Both the position numbers and the translations under genes were made by a program. Shown piece after piece: positions 25,255 through 38,308 of a stretch of DNA of 64,000 nt; within the stretch, counting starts at the first letter, position 1, and each line of letters starts with the position of its first letter. The DNA lies in assembly GCA_951406725.2 (NCBI GenBank), contig OX597819.1:118110001-118174000 (forward strand). Reading direction: 5' to 3'. This stretch comes from Octopus vulgaris (lineage: Eukaryota). Under the pieces are notes generated by a model. It ran no database searches and had not been told where the DNA came from. It saw only the letters and a program-made list of their open reading frames with translations.

Positions 25255-25299
25255 TTACACACCCGTCTTCGCCTTTTGTTTTACTTGTAAATTCTCACT

Positions 25300-25330
<31 letters not shown>

Positions 25331-25530
25331 AAGTGAAAAAAAAAAAAAAGGCGAAGACGGGTGTGTAAACTACAAACAGATGTATTAGTTTAACACTCGT
25401 CCGAGCCTACGATCTTCGACAGAAAGGGACACAGAAACAAACAGGGAGAGAAAGTAAAAAGGGTTAGACAATTTTAAAAAATGGAGAAAATAAACAGGGA
25501 GGGAAAATAAAAATGTTTAGCGGCTAGCGA
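25249..25530. mobile_element. Two family P1 copies tail-to-tail across a (TA)n spacer (+ 25249-25299; - 25325-25530)
   Basis: tagtttacacacccgtcttcgcctttt vs aaaaggcgaagacgggtgtgtaaacta; half hammerhead at 25402-25426. Confidence 0.75.
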
Positions 25531-26557
25531 GTGTGTCTTTGAGTCTGTCGCCTCATCACGGCTCCACAAAAGGCTCTGGTGTGTTTACGTTCCCGTAAGC
25601 TAGCGGTTCAGCAAAACAACCGATAGAATAATTACCAAAACTGGTGTCTATACATTCGACTAAATACTTTTCAAGGCGGTGCTACATCATTACCGATGTC
25701 TAATGGCTAAAACATATAAGAGAAGATACCTATGTATCTATCTCTTCACTGCTTCTTTATATATATATTCATCTATTTACTTACCAAATTATCTATTCTT
25801 TCATCTATCTAACTAAACACATACGCACGCACACTTCATGCAAAACAGAGAAAGCATTAAGTTATCATAGAAACCATTATGTATACTTCATGTATTTATA
25901 TATTGTTGAGATCAAATCCCTCGGGAATCGACAATTTAATTATTCTTATTGATTATAATCGAAGTCTCAAAAACATACAGTCTATCACATTTACATTTTC
26001 GCTTTTTAATCGACGGAAAATACTCCTGAGTAATTACCTCTCGAGGAATTGCCATTAATGTACATAACAACCATCCTAGTCATTATGTGAGCGAATATTT
26101 TCTCTTTAAGCGGGTTACAATAATTATTAATATAATCCGATTTGTGAGACTCTCTTGGCAACTAATCAGGGAAAATTTGGCTTCATCTGAAAACAAAATT
26201 TGGCACAATTAGCAGATCATATATTTCATTAAAATGAATCTTTCGTGCATTCCTTTCATACATAAAAGAAAAAAAGAGCAACAAGTAAAGTAATAACAAC
26301 AACAACAACAACAATATTAATAATGATAACAATAACAACAACAATATTAATAATGATAATAATAATAAGAGCAGTAACAATAGTAACCACGATAATAATA
26401 GCAATAATAAAAAAACAGCAATAACGATACAAATAAGAATGGTAATATTATTACTATTATTATTATCTTTTTATTTTTATTATTATTATAGTGCTGTTAC
26501 GATCATTTTTGTTGGGTAATCATCATTATCACCACTACCATCAACATAAAGTTCATA

Positions 26558-26870
<313 letters not shown>

Positions 26871-27763
26871 CCAAAGCCACCACCATCAGTCAACGTCATC
26901 ATCATTAGTATCATTGTTCTTGTTGCTTTAAAAAGTGTTTCCATATATTTATATTTTTCAAAATATGTGATTCAAACCAGTTAGTTTGCAATTTTTTTTT
27001 TAAGATATATTCCTTCATTGAATGGTAGTAAAGTAATGGTAATTTTCCTGCCAATATCGTTGCTAGTAATTAAAACATATTCTTCGTGCAGCAATTATTT
27101 TGAAAATATTGACAAACTCGCAAATATTATTGTTGGGGGTGAAGCAATGGCGATATAATGAAGCATAAATTCATTAGAAATGTTAAAAGGGAATTGTATC
27201 TTCATTAGCATCAACAAAATTTTAACACGTCTGGTTCAAATTGCCGAATAAATCATTGATTAGAAATATTGGCACAAGGCCCGTAATTTTGTTGGAGGGT
27301 TTGAATCGAGGACATATATTGTGAACCCCAAAAAGGATCAAGGGTAAAGTCGACGTCCGCAGCATTTCATCTCAAAACATGAGGACGGACGAACTACCAC
27401 TCGGCATTTTCCTCGTTGTGTTAATAATGATTCTACCCATAGATCAAAGACTTTTTTTTTATATTTCATATTGAAATCACTAACGAGATATATGCAAATA
27501 TTAGCAAATAATACATGCAGCAGAAGGAGTAAACTCCAAAGTGGATTGCAGTAGCAAGTGAGCCCATCTTCAACTGCTACAACATTTCGAATCTGCAAAC
27601 ACACCAGCATCAGTTGTCAAGCGATGGTGAGGGGCAAACACCGACACACAAAGACACACTCACATACACACACACGCACGGACCACCCCCCAATCTATGC
27701 CGTAATCTCGGCATAGTTGGGAAATTGGGAGAATGACTTCATGACTTTCTGAAGGATAGAAGT

Positions 27764-27922
27764 TAGGTGGTAGTAGCCAATGGGGCCACTTCCAAATGCA
27801 CGCAGAGAGTGAGCGTTGTTCCGCAAGGCACTCTTTTGGGACCACTACTCTTCACAATGGCCCTCTTAGACATGCCCTCAGCCACACAGAAAACCACGAT
27901 CACATGTGATGCAGATGATTCA
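27764..27922 (+). pseudogene. LINE RT core fragment (CR1/jockey group)
   Basis: VVANGATS..VSVVPQGTLLGPLLF...DADD corresponds to GVPQGSVLGPLLF...YADD. Confidence 0.85.
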
Positions 27923-28022
27923 GCACTTAATACATTCCGCTTATTCAGTGCTGAATTTTATTCTGAAAAAACACGTGTGCCGAGATGCAATTCGAAAAGC
28001 CCGCCTCTTACATAGATATATA

Positions 28023-28252
28023 TATTTCTTTACTACCCACAAGAGGCTAAACACAGAGAGGACAAACAAAGACAGATAAACGGATTAAGTAGATTACATC
28101 GACCCCAGTGCGTAACTGGTACTTAATTTATCGACCCCGAAAGGCTGAAAGGCAAAGTCGACCTCGGCGGAATTTGAACTCAGAACGTAACGGCAGACAA
28201 AATTCTGCTAAGCATTTCGCCCGGCGTGCTAACGATTCTACCAGCTCGCAGC
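28023..28252 (-). mobile_element. SINE family B, full length with 12-bp TSD
   Basis: TSD catagatatata at 28011-28022 and 28253-28264. Confidence 0.95.
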
Positions 28253-28539
28253 CATAGATATATAAGTGTGAATAATTCTATGTACTATCCTGGATACATT
28301 TGGTGTTCGTCTTGTATGTTGATTTTTTTGTTCATTTTTGTGTCTTGATTATGCTTGCACTGACGATTAAAATAAATTAGAGTGTGTGCACTGATTATGA
28401 AATCGTATGATCTGCAGCTGAATCTGGTTTTAAAAGGCGCGCTCCGAGAGTTGCGTTCCCTTGCATTCGATACAATGTGTTTATTATGGTAGTTTTGACT
28501 TTAAGAGTCCCTCTTAGCGTGCTCTTAGTATAAATATAT

Positions 28540-28646
<107 letters not shown>

Positions 28647-29744
28647 AAATATGATTGTGTGCAAGTGTTTTTGTTTATTTTACCTTATTCCAATCAATTG
28701 ACTCTGTCCATGCTGGAGCACTAACCTAGATATTTATTTAAGTCTCGTACTTACATTATCGGTCTGTTTTCCCGAGCCACCAGTTTACGGAATCATAAAC
28801 TAATCAACACCGAAAATATGCGTTCCGGTAGAGAAATCAATAAGCAACACTTTCAATGATTTTTGAGAAATCTAGCCTACCCAGAATTAACTAAATGCCT
28901 TTAAAAACAACCTGAGAGTAAAATACTAGTCGTGTAACGCATAAAATATCATTAGAAAAGTGAAATGGTAATAGTTATAATATTTTTTCTTTGAGGAAAT
29001 TTCGTAAAGATATTTGCATGTTAAAAACACGTTTTCGCTCCGAAAACTGCTTGGTCGGCAATGCTTCAATCGGAATTGATCTGTTCATTGATGAATAACA
29101 TGGGCTTTCGTAACTAAACCAAAATACATTAATAGCTATATACAAAAAAGAAATTGAATATAGTATTTGTAGATAAAATTTACCAACCGGCATTTAACTG
29201 AAAACTTGTGAAACACGCAAGTGCGAAATGGTTAAATATTATGGAGAGTACATCTCGATCATTTGAAGTAAAAGAATTACCATATTATAATAAGTTGAGC
29301 GTAGTTAAAGCACTAATTGCGCTATAATATTACAGTCAATGGAGAAATCAAACCACTTCAGTGGTTAGGCATGCTTGCAATAATTCATTATTTAGATAAG
29401 TATTTCATTTGATGCTTGTGAGTCTTCAAACAGGAGGGGAAGATTTTTGCTTAAACGCAGATTGCAGCTGCACGTCGAAAAGAAATCCGCTCTGAAAATA
29501 TTTAGCATTTCTCCTCGTCGTTAAAAGTTCTCATCGAATAATTCCATTATATACTCTCTTCTCTATCTGATAAATAATTTCCTTTTCATCTAAATGCAAA
29601 TTTTAATTTTCTTCCTAAATTTTATTTTATTTTTTTTTAAAGTTTTACCTCTTTCGAATCGCCTCTTTTTGAATTCCTTACATTTCCATAGTTGGTCTAT
29701 ATTTGCTCACTAATAATAAATATTTTCTACGAAATTTTGTGGGA

Positions 29745-29890
29745 GTGTGTTAGTCGAGTAGATCAACGCTAGTACGCCATTCGTATCTAATTTATCGACC
29801 CCGAAACGATGAAAGGCAAAATCGACCCCACTGGAATTTGAACTCAGATCGCAAAGTCAGACGAAATATCGCTAAGCATTTCGCCCGTCA
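29745..29890 (-). mobile_element. SINE family B, degenerate partial copy
   Basis: tttatcgaccccgaaacgatgaaaggcaaa...ggaatttgaactcag...gctaagcatttcgccc. Confidence 0.8.
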
Positions 29891-31830
29891 TATTCTCTGT
29901 CATGGTATTACTCCCCACCTTAGCAAAGGCGGATTTATTCTTTTAAGTCGTTTGTTTGTGTGTCTGTTAGTCCATAGAAAATATATGTCAAGAACCGCTG
30001 GATAAATTGGGATGAATCTTTCAGGAATGTTTGTCCACGTGACTGGCACAAACTGATGACATTTTCAGTACCGGAAAAGGATTCCAGATAAATTTTCCGG
30101 TTTTTTTTTCTACTTAACATTTTTGAGAGCGGTCGGGTCGATTTCTAGTATTCTAGTTTGTGAGAGCAGTCGAGTTTATTTCAGATATTCTAATCTTATA
30201 AATCATCTCTGGGTAATCGTTGAGAGGACGATGGAGTTGCCTTGGCGAAGATTTGAGCTCTCTGAGTAATTCTGTTCTTTTTATTTTCATTTCATTTTTC
30301 TTTTTCTTACTATTTTCCTTTTCTTTCTATTTCTTCTTTATCTTTTACTTTTCCAATAAGAAAAAGTCTTTCATTAGGCTACAGCTCTTTCAACCATAAG
30401 CAATCACTCATCCAAAGCTGAGTATCAATAAGAAAGTATATAGATTTCTCAAAACCAACCATTTGAATTAGACGCTTTTTTTTTTTTTACCCAAAAGCAT
30501 TTTTAAGTATATATATATAATATATATATATCGGTGTGTCTGTCTGGCAAAGAGCTTGTTTCCCTACGACATGGCTGCGATTCAGTCATACTGCATGCCA
30601 CCATGAACAAGTGTTTTCTAATATACCCTGAGGCCAACCAAATCAAATTATTGTGAATGATTTGGAACAAGGAAAATGACGTATATATATATATATATAT
30701 ATATATATAATCAAAATAAGCAACAATATTATTTTGATTATAATCAACCCATGGATTTATATGGATAACACCATACAAAATTCTGGTGCATCTAACTTAA
30801 GAACCATATTCATTTGAATCTAAATTTTGCTGAATTTATATATATATATATTTGTATTCGCTAAACTTTTACCTGAAATGAGTTGAACGCCAAGGGAAAT
30901 AGAAACATTCCCTGAACAGTACATCAATAGGATTTAAGAAAAGAAGGAAAGTGCATCGTGGTCTTCATTCCTTTGTAAATGCCATTAACTATGTATGTTA
31001 AACAGAAATTATTTCAACTAGGAAACGTGGCAGCAAGATGGCGTCAACTTGGAACCAGTTCAACTCATGTATTAATATATTTTTCTCAATAACATGCAAA
31101 TGTAAATTGCTCTGTTAATATGTAAATTCATGTTTGATTTTAGAAAGTGATTGTACGTTGTGGGATGTATACCATTCTTAATTATCTTAGGGGCGTAATT
31201 GATGAAGTATATCACGATCGAGGATCGACAATGCGTTATTATATTGAATTATTGATAATGGAAATGAAATATCTTAATCACTAAATCCAATGATGTATCA
31301 TCATACGTTTAAAACTTTTGAAGGTCTTTCTGTTAAAGAAAAACACACAGAAACTATAATATGAAAACTTTAAATGTATAAATTGAGTATATTTATATAT
31401 ATAAAGTAACGTCGGGCTTCAATCTCATTTATTTGATTAGGAGAGTGAAATAAACATCCATTCTTCAAATTAAGAATACATATCAAAGGTTACTCTTCCA
31501 GATATCAATCAAAATATGTTCAGCGATAGCATAAGACTTCGATCCGCCGTGGTAACTATCTCTATTTTTAGTTAAAGTAAGCGAATGAAAAGAAAGCATT
31601 CTTTATCGTTCAAATTTTCATGGATTTATATTGTTTGGACTTTTCGATCCTCTGTCTAAAGTGCTTGCTCTTTTCCTATCTCAATACATTTCCCTTATAC
31701 TCACAGAGAGACCTACATAAACATGCACCCTCCCATATATAGATATACTTACACATACACACATACACACACACAGAGATATATATATGTATGTATTTAT
31801 GTATTATGCTTGTATGTGTGTCCGTGTAAG

Positions 31831-31879
<49 letters not shown>

Positions 31880-32628
31880 TTATATACATATGTTTGTGCG
31901 TGTATGTATATATACATTCCCACACATATATATATTGACATAGACGCATATGTATTGATACATAAATGCATATATATGTATGCTTCAAGATGTGTATGAC
32001 TGATTACTGATTGCGCAAGATTCGCAGCCGATTCATAATTCAACAATGTACGTCTTAACCTTTCTTTCAAAAGAGCAATCCCTCTCGATAGAAAATATGA
32101 AAGCTGAGATAAAACCTGTTTATTTCTACTCTCAGTGGATTCTTTATTGGCATTAACAACAAGATATATGTACCACTTCACTTCAGCAAGCTGACAGCCT
32201 ATAACTTTTCAGATAAGCATAGTATATGAAGAGGGATTATGGTATTTTAGGGAAAGTTAAAAGGTTATGAAGTTCAAAAAGTTGACACTTACAACGCAAA
32301 ATATGTTTCCGAAGATTTCTTGGTTGTTACACAGGTCAACATATAATGGTAATAGCAAGGAATCTCTTGCACAAAGTGAGATGTGAGGTTTCAAATAATA
32401 TTCGGGAAGTTGCCAATGCGGTAGATGCTGATGAGTTCTGCTTACAACTACTAAAAGCGCCTTACTCGGTCAACACTTACGTGCGTATCTAAGAATGAAA
32501 TTATTATTGACAAGTCAATTTGTCATTGAGAATACCATGATATTTTACACGTTATTTAAGTATAAGCAAAATACAAATCTGTGCGCTTGTATAAGGTGTA
32601 ATTCTCTATGAATATGGAAGTATAAATA

Positions 32629-32864
32629 TATTTCTTTACTACCCACAAGGGGCTAAACACAGAGAGGACAAACAAGGACAGACAAAGGGATTAAGTCGAT
32701 TACATCGACTCCAGTGTGTAACTGGTAATTGATTTATCGACCCCGAAATAATGAAAGGCAAAGTCGACCTCGGCGGAATTTGAACTCGGAACGTAACGAC
32801 AGACGAAATACGGCTACGCATTTCGCCCGGCGTGCTAACCTTTCTGCCAGCTTGCCGCCTCTAA
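32629..32864 (-). mobile_element. SINE family B, full length with 15-bp TSD
   Basis: TSD atggaagtataaata at 32614-32628 and 32865-32879. Confidence 0.95.
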
Positions 32865-33309
32865 ATGGAAGTATAAATAGGGAAGCAATCCTCGATCAAT
32901 AATATATTTGAAGAGTACTAAATACTAACCTACATAGAAGATTATTCAGCCGTTGTGGCACACTACAGAAATAATTGCCTTGAGAAAATGAATTCCATTT
33001 ATTTGTAAATTTTCAATTATTATTTTTTTTTTGCTTTTTTACATTATTGACCTGAGCGAATATTCACTTAAATAACTGATACTTTCCCATTGATCTCTTC
33101 AATGTCAGGAAGGGCATTCAGTTGTATTGTATCCAAACAAACAGCAAACAATTTTTGTAAAGTAATGCCAAACCTGTCGAGTGATGAAAATAAACCTAAG
33201 GACTTTGTTTAGCTTCTGGCTTCTATTTACTTGACCAATCGTAACACTTAATACGTTAACAGTTCTTTTTTACAGGTCACTCAGTATGAAATGCATTGCA
33301 TTCAAAGTT

Positions 33310-33712
33310 TGGCACAAGGCCAGCAATTTAGAGGGGGGAATTAAGTCGATTATATCGACCCCAGTGCTCAAATGATACTTATTTAATCGACCTCGCAATA
33401 GAAAGGCAACATCGACCATGGATAAATTTCGACTCAGAACGTGAGGTAAGAGGAAATACCACTAATCATTTATTAAAATGACTGAAATACCTATTTCTTT
33501 ACTACCCACAAGGGGCTAAACACAGAGAGGACAAACAAGGACAGAGAAACGGATTAAGTCGATTACATCGACCCCAGTCCGTAACTGGTACTTAATTTAT
33601 CGACCCCGAAAGGATGAAAGGCAAAGTCGTCCTGGGTGGAATTGGAACTCAGAACGTAGCGGCAGAGGAAATACGGCTACACATTTCGCCCGACGTGCCG
33701 ACGTTTCTGCCT
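33310..33712 (-). mobile_element. Two tandem SINE family B copies (older 33310-33470; younger 33491-33712)
   Basis: Repeated attaagtcgatta-atcgaccccagt block. Confidence 0.88.
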
Positions 33713-34428
33713 GCAGGCAACGTGAATCCGTTTCCAATGAACATAACACATGAGAAAATAAAAGTACAAGCGGTCTAACAGTACATGCGGTCAGCACAAA
33801 TGCTCTTCTTCACAGCTCTTCATATCATCATGTTCTAATATCTATACACATTGAATTGCTTTTAGTCGTACACTGGCACGAAATTTGCTCGATGTTATGC
33901 ACAATCTTCCTTGAAGCTTTAGGAGCGTAAAAGAAATAAATTGCAATCATCAACTCTGCAAGAAAATTCTGCACTTCGTAATACTGGCACAACAAAGTAA
34001 ATTATAACTATCATTAGAGATACCAGAATTGGTTCAGTATTCCACCATTACAAATGTGGAAACTTTAGAACTGATAAAAGAGACAGCTTGTTGCTCAACT
34101 GAATTTGTGTACGTGGCAGTTAAATATAAATCGGGCCATGGTGGAGTATGTTCTTATGTATCCATTACATACTCGAATATCTCTTGAATATAAGTTTGCT
34201 GATAAATACTGAATATGTATCGTTGCATGTGTGCATATAAATTGCATTTATTGGAAATGTAATATGATTTACAGCATATTTATTATTAGTTGCACATAAG
34301 CATAATATTCGTACAAACATGCAAAATATTCATAAAATTATGTACGTGATTATATGTATATACATGTATATCCATATTTATGCATACATAAATATATACT
34401 TATATAATCATATATGATTATATATATG

Positions 34429-34490
<62 letters not shown>

Positions 34491-34507
34491 CATATGTGTA
34501 TATATGC

Positions 34508-34539
<32 letters not shown>

Positions 34540-34866
34540 ATCTACCAAATCCGCTCACAAGGTTTTGGTCGGCCTGAAGCTATAGTAGAAAACACTTGGC
34601 CAAATTGCCACGTGGTGAGACTGAACACAGAATGATGTTGTTCGGAAATAAGCTTCTTACCACATAGCCACTCCTGTGCCTACACACATACACACGCACA
34701 CACACACGTATATATATATATATATATACGACGGGCTTCTTTCAGTTTCCGTCTACAAAGTCTATAGTAGAAGTCCCCAGAGTATATTAAAGGTACCCAA
34801 GGTGCCACCGGGTGGGACTGAACCTCGAACTGCGTGACTTGGAAGTAAGGAAGCTCCTTAACACAT
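34540..34866 (-). mobile_element. Two partial SINE family A heads; the second is split by the mariner and continues at 36162-36175
   Basis: ggtgccaccgggtgggactgaacc...cttaacaca-TA-[mariner]-TA-gctaatcctgcacc reconstitutes the SINE 5' end. Confidence 0.75.
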
Positions 34867-34867
34867 A

Positions 34868-36159
34868 CGAGGGGCGTTCAATAAGTAATGCCTTTGATCC
34901 ACTTGCAGTTGTTTGATCTACCTGAAATTTTGCATGTGCAATTATTTATATCTATAGATTAAGTGGCAAATTACAGCTCTGAATTAATTGTGGTTTCTGA
35001 TTTGCAGGTGTTTGAACTGAGTCAAGTGTGAAATGGAGCCTGTTGAGTGTCGAGCAGTGATCCAGTTTTTGTATTTGAAAGGTTGCACACCACGGGAGAC
35101 TTTTGATGAAATGAAAATAACTTATGGTGATGATGCCCCATCATATGACCTTGTAAAACGCTGGCATCGGGAATTCAAACATAGTCGGAACTCTGTGGAA
35201 ACAGCTCCTACATCTGGTCGCCCCCCTTCTGCCATTGATGAGGCATCTGTCCGTCAAGTTGAGGCTGCCATTTTGGAAGGTCAACGCATAACTATTCGCC
35301 AAATAGCCCATAAGGTCAAGATTAGTACCGGGTCTGTGGAAACTATCATTCATGACCATTTGCAAATGCAAAAGGTGTCTGCCAGATGGATTTCCAGGTT
35401 GCTCACACCTTTCCAGAAGCAAGAACGCGTTGAGTGCTCGAGGATGAATTTGGAGATGTGCCAAGAAGATGAGTAAAGATTTTTCAAAAGACTGATTACA
35501 CAGAATGAGACATGGGTCCATCACTATGATCCAGAGACCAAAGCCCAGTCAATGCAGTGGAAGCTCCGTGATTCACCTCCTCCAAAGAAGGCAAGAGTGC
35601 AGCCCTCCGCTGGCAAGGTCATGCTCACAGTCTTCTGGGACCAGGACGGAGTAGTGATGACAGATTTCCTGGCAAAGGGTACCACAATTACAGGAGCCTA
35701 TTATGCTTCACTTTTGAGGATATTAAGAGAAGCTATCAAAATCAAGAGGCGGGACAAGATCAGCAAATGCATCCTCCTCCTGCAGGACAACGCTCCGGTT
35801 CCCAACTCGCGTCTCGCCAGATCAGAAGCACAGGCGTGTGGCTATGAACTCCTCCCCTATCCCCCCTATTCTCCTGACCTTGCACCCTCTGATTTTCACT
35901 TCTTCCCAGTCATGAAGTTGTTTTTGAAAGGAAACCGCTTCCCAGATTATGCAGCCTTGATTTCTGAAGTAACGTCGTGGTTGGAGGACCAAGCTGGGGT
36001 CTTCTACAAAAAAGGTCTCCAGAGCTGCATCAAACGATGGGAGAGATGCGTAACTCTAGGTGATTCCTATGTAGAAAAAAGACTAATAACTGTGCCAAGT
36101 TTCGTTGCTCTACTGCTATGGGAAGTGGGTCAGTGGCATTACTTATTGAACGCCCCTCG
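34868..36159 (+). mobile_element. Full-length (1292 bp) mariner DNA transposon, inactive
   Basis: Perfect 25-bp TIR cgaggggcgttcaataagtaatgcc; TA target duplication at 34866-34867 and 36160-36161. Confidence 0.97.
35033..36086 (+). pseudogene. Mariner DD34D transposase; in-frame TAA at 35474-35476, first catalytic Asp changed to Asn, probable +1 A near the C-terminus
   Basis: HTH N-terminus, SARWISRLL, ITQNETW, LLQDNA-34aa-D (YSPDLAPSDF), RWERCVTLGDSYVEK. Confidence 0.95.
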
Positions 36160-36218
36160 TAGCTAATCCTGCACCTATAAATATCCATGCACTCACACAC
36201 ACACACACACACACACAG

Positions 36219-36281
<63 letters not shown>

Positions 36282-37789
36282 CCTGCTCGCTGAGCCAGCG
36301 GGGTGGCGTCATTTGATGGCTAAAACAATGCAAAGCGCATTGTGACCAGTGATGTGTAGCAACATCTGATAATCTGGTCGGTCACAGTGATCACGGTGAT
36401 ATATATATATATATTTAAACGCATGAACGGTGCACGAACATCTGTACACATACACCCATGAATATAGTGATTTAGTAGTTAATAAGCTACGTTGTGGTGT
36501 ATTGCACTTTACTTTGTTATACTAATTGCAACGTATAAATGATGCACACAAATATCTTGAACACACAGTCAGATGCATTCACTCCAACGCGTTTAAAAGA
36601 TCACACGTCATTATTCACCTTTTACATAACGTATATATTACATATTAAGCAATAACGAAGAAAGCAATGTTTTGAAGACTGGAAGAATTATGCCTTGAAA
36701 TATACCGACGAAAACTTCAAAACTAAATGCGTAATTAATTAATGACAGCATCGAAATTAAAACCAATTTCTTGTGCATTTTATTGGCCGAATTTCTCTTC
36801 CAGCAATTTCTGGTAAGGAGACTGAGTTTCGTTTCGCAACCCTAAGCGGCATGTAAAAATGACTTGTTTTAAATCTCTGAAGGAGTGGTAAACCGTAACG
36901 ATACTGAATAATAAAGTTTATTTGCCAACAGAATAAGACGATTCTATAAAAGACGATGTTACTGTTGTTTAAAACCCAGGAAAACATCTTTTCCAGCTGG
37001 TTATAGTCTTTGCAAGGGAGATCATCGCTCCAAGCTCCAGCCTTACTTGATACTCACAGACCATGGTTTCTGGATGGTTATTCGCCTTCAGTGTGAGATA
37101 ATCACCAACTGTTGATGAAAGCTCTCTCCACTCGCAAACACTATATATTCTTTAAGCGACACACTGTCGGTGATCTCGTATAGAGAAAAACAACTTGTTT
37201 TAAATCTCTCTAGATGTAAATAGATAATAATATAACGGAAATTACTGAAACAATTACGTCAGAGTTGGGTATAATATTTTTGAACACCGAAAACGAATAA
37301 TCATATATCAATCACTTGTCACGTTTGGTTATTGCTATAATGAATTTACACTCGCTCCAGACATCAGGCACGGCAATGAATTCGAAGAGGATGTATATGC
37401 TCCTGAAATTTGTATGTTTTAATGATAGAAATTACAGCCTGAATATTTAAAGAACGAGCACATCTTTCAATAGAATCTTCTGTTATATGATTGTGAACAG
37501 AATAACATCTGCCCTTTATCTCAAGAACAGATTATTTCATTAAATCAGATTATATACTATAGCAGATTTATGGCGATGGTAATTTGCACGAGCGAATAAG
37601 AAATGTGCTAATTACCACATTGCCTTCATGAGAAGCAACATAAACTGTCAAAAGAGAAACGTTCTTTGCATTGAAGATCACATAAATCAGCTTTCGTAAC
37701 AACTGCGTACTAATAATTCCGAAATGCCTCCTGTTTTTCCACACTTTTTCAGATTAATATGCAATAAGATGCGGCATAACGGGAAAAAT

Positions 37790-37882
<93 letters not shown>

Positions 37883-37892
37883 CACACATACA

Positions 37893-37928
<36 letters not shown>

Positions 37929-37937
37929 CATACATGC

Positions 37938-37968
<31 letters not shown>

Positions 37969-37976
37969 CATACATA

Positions 37977-38033
<57 letters not shown>

Positions 38034-38040
38034 GTATATA

Positions 38041-38075
<35 letters not shown>

Positions 38076-38078
<3 letters not shown>

Positions 38079-38218
38079 ACCGCGTGTGTACCGTTGGCGA
38101 TTTTCTTCCTCCGTCTTTCCTTCTCTGGATCTTTCCTTCTTTCCTGAGCGTCCAATAATACTATATTTGTTCCACGTATTCGCGTTGTTGTGTTTTTTGT
38201 GTTTTCTTGTTTGGATTA

Positions 38219-38222
<4 letters not shown>
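38076..38222 (+). mobile_element. Short pseudo-LTR-like element between TA tracts, distantly related to P1
   Basis: ttcctgagcgt..taatac.. and T-rich 3' end parallel 2735-2817. Confidence 0.45.

Positions 38223-38308
<86 letters not shown>

Noticed and set aside
31990-32220. Possible third mariner remnant (ctgaaaagttataggctg TIR-like end)
   Set aside because: No matching second TIR or clear transposase motif found
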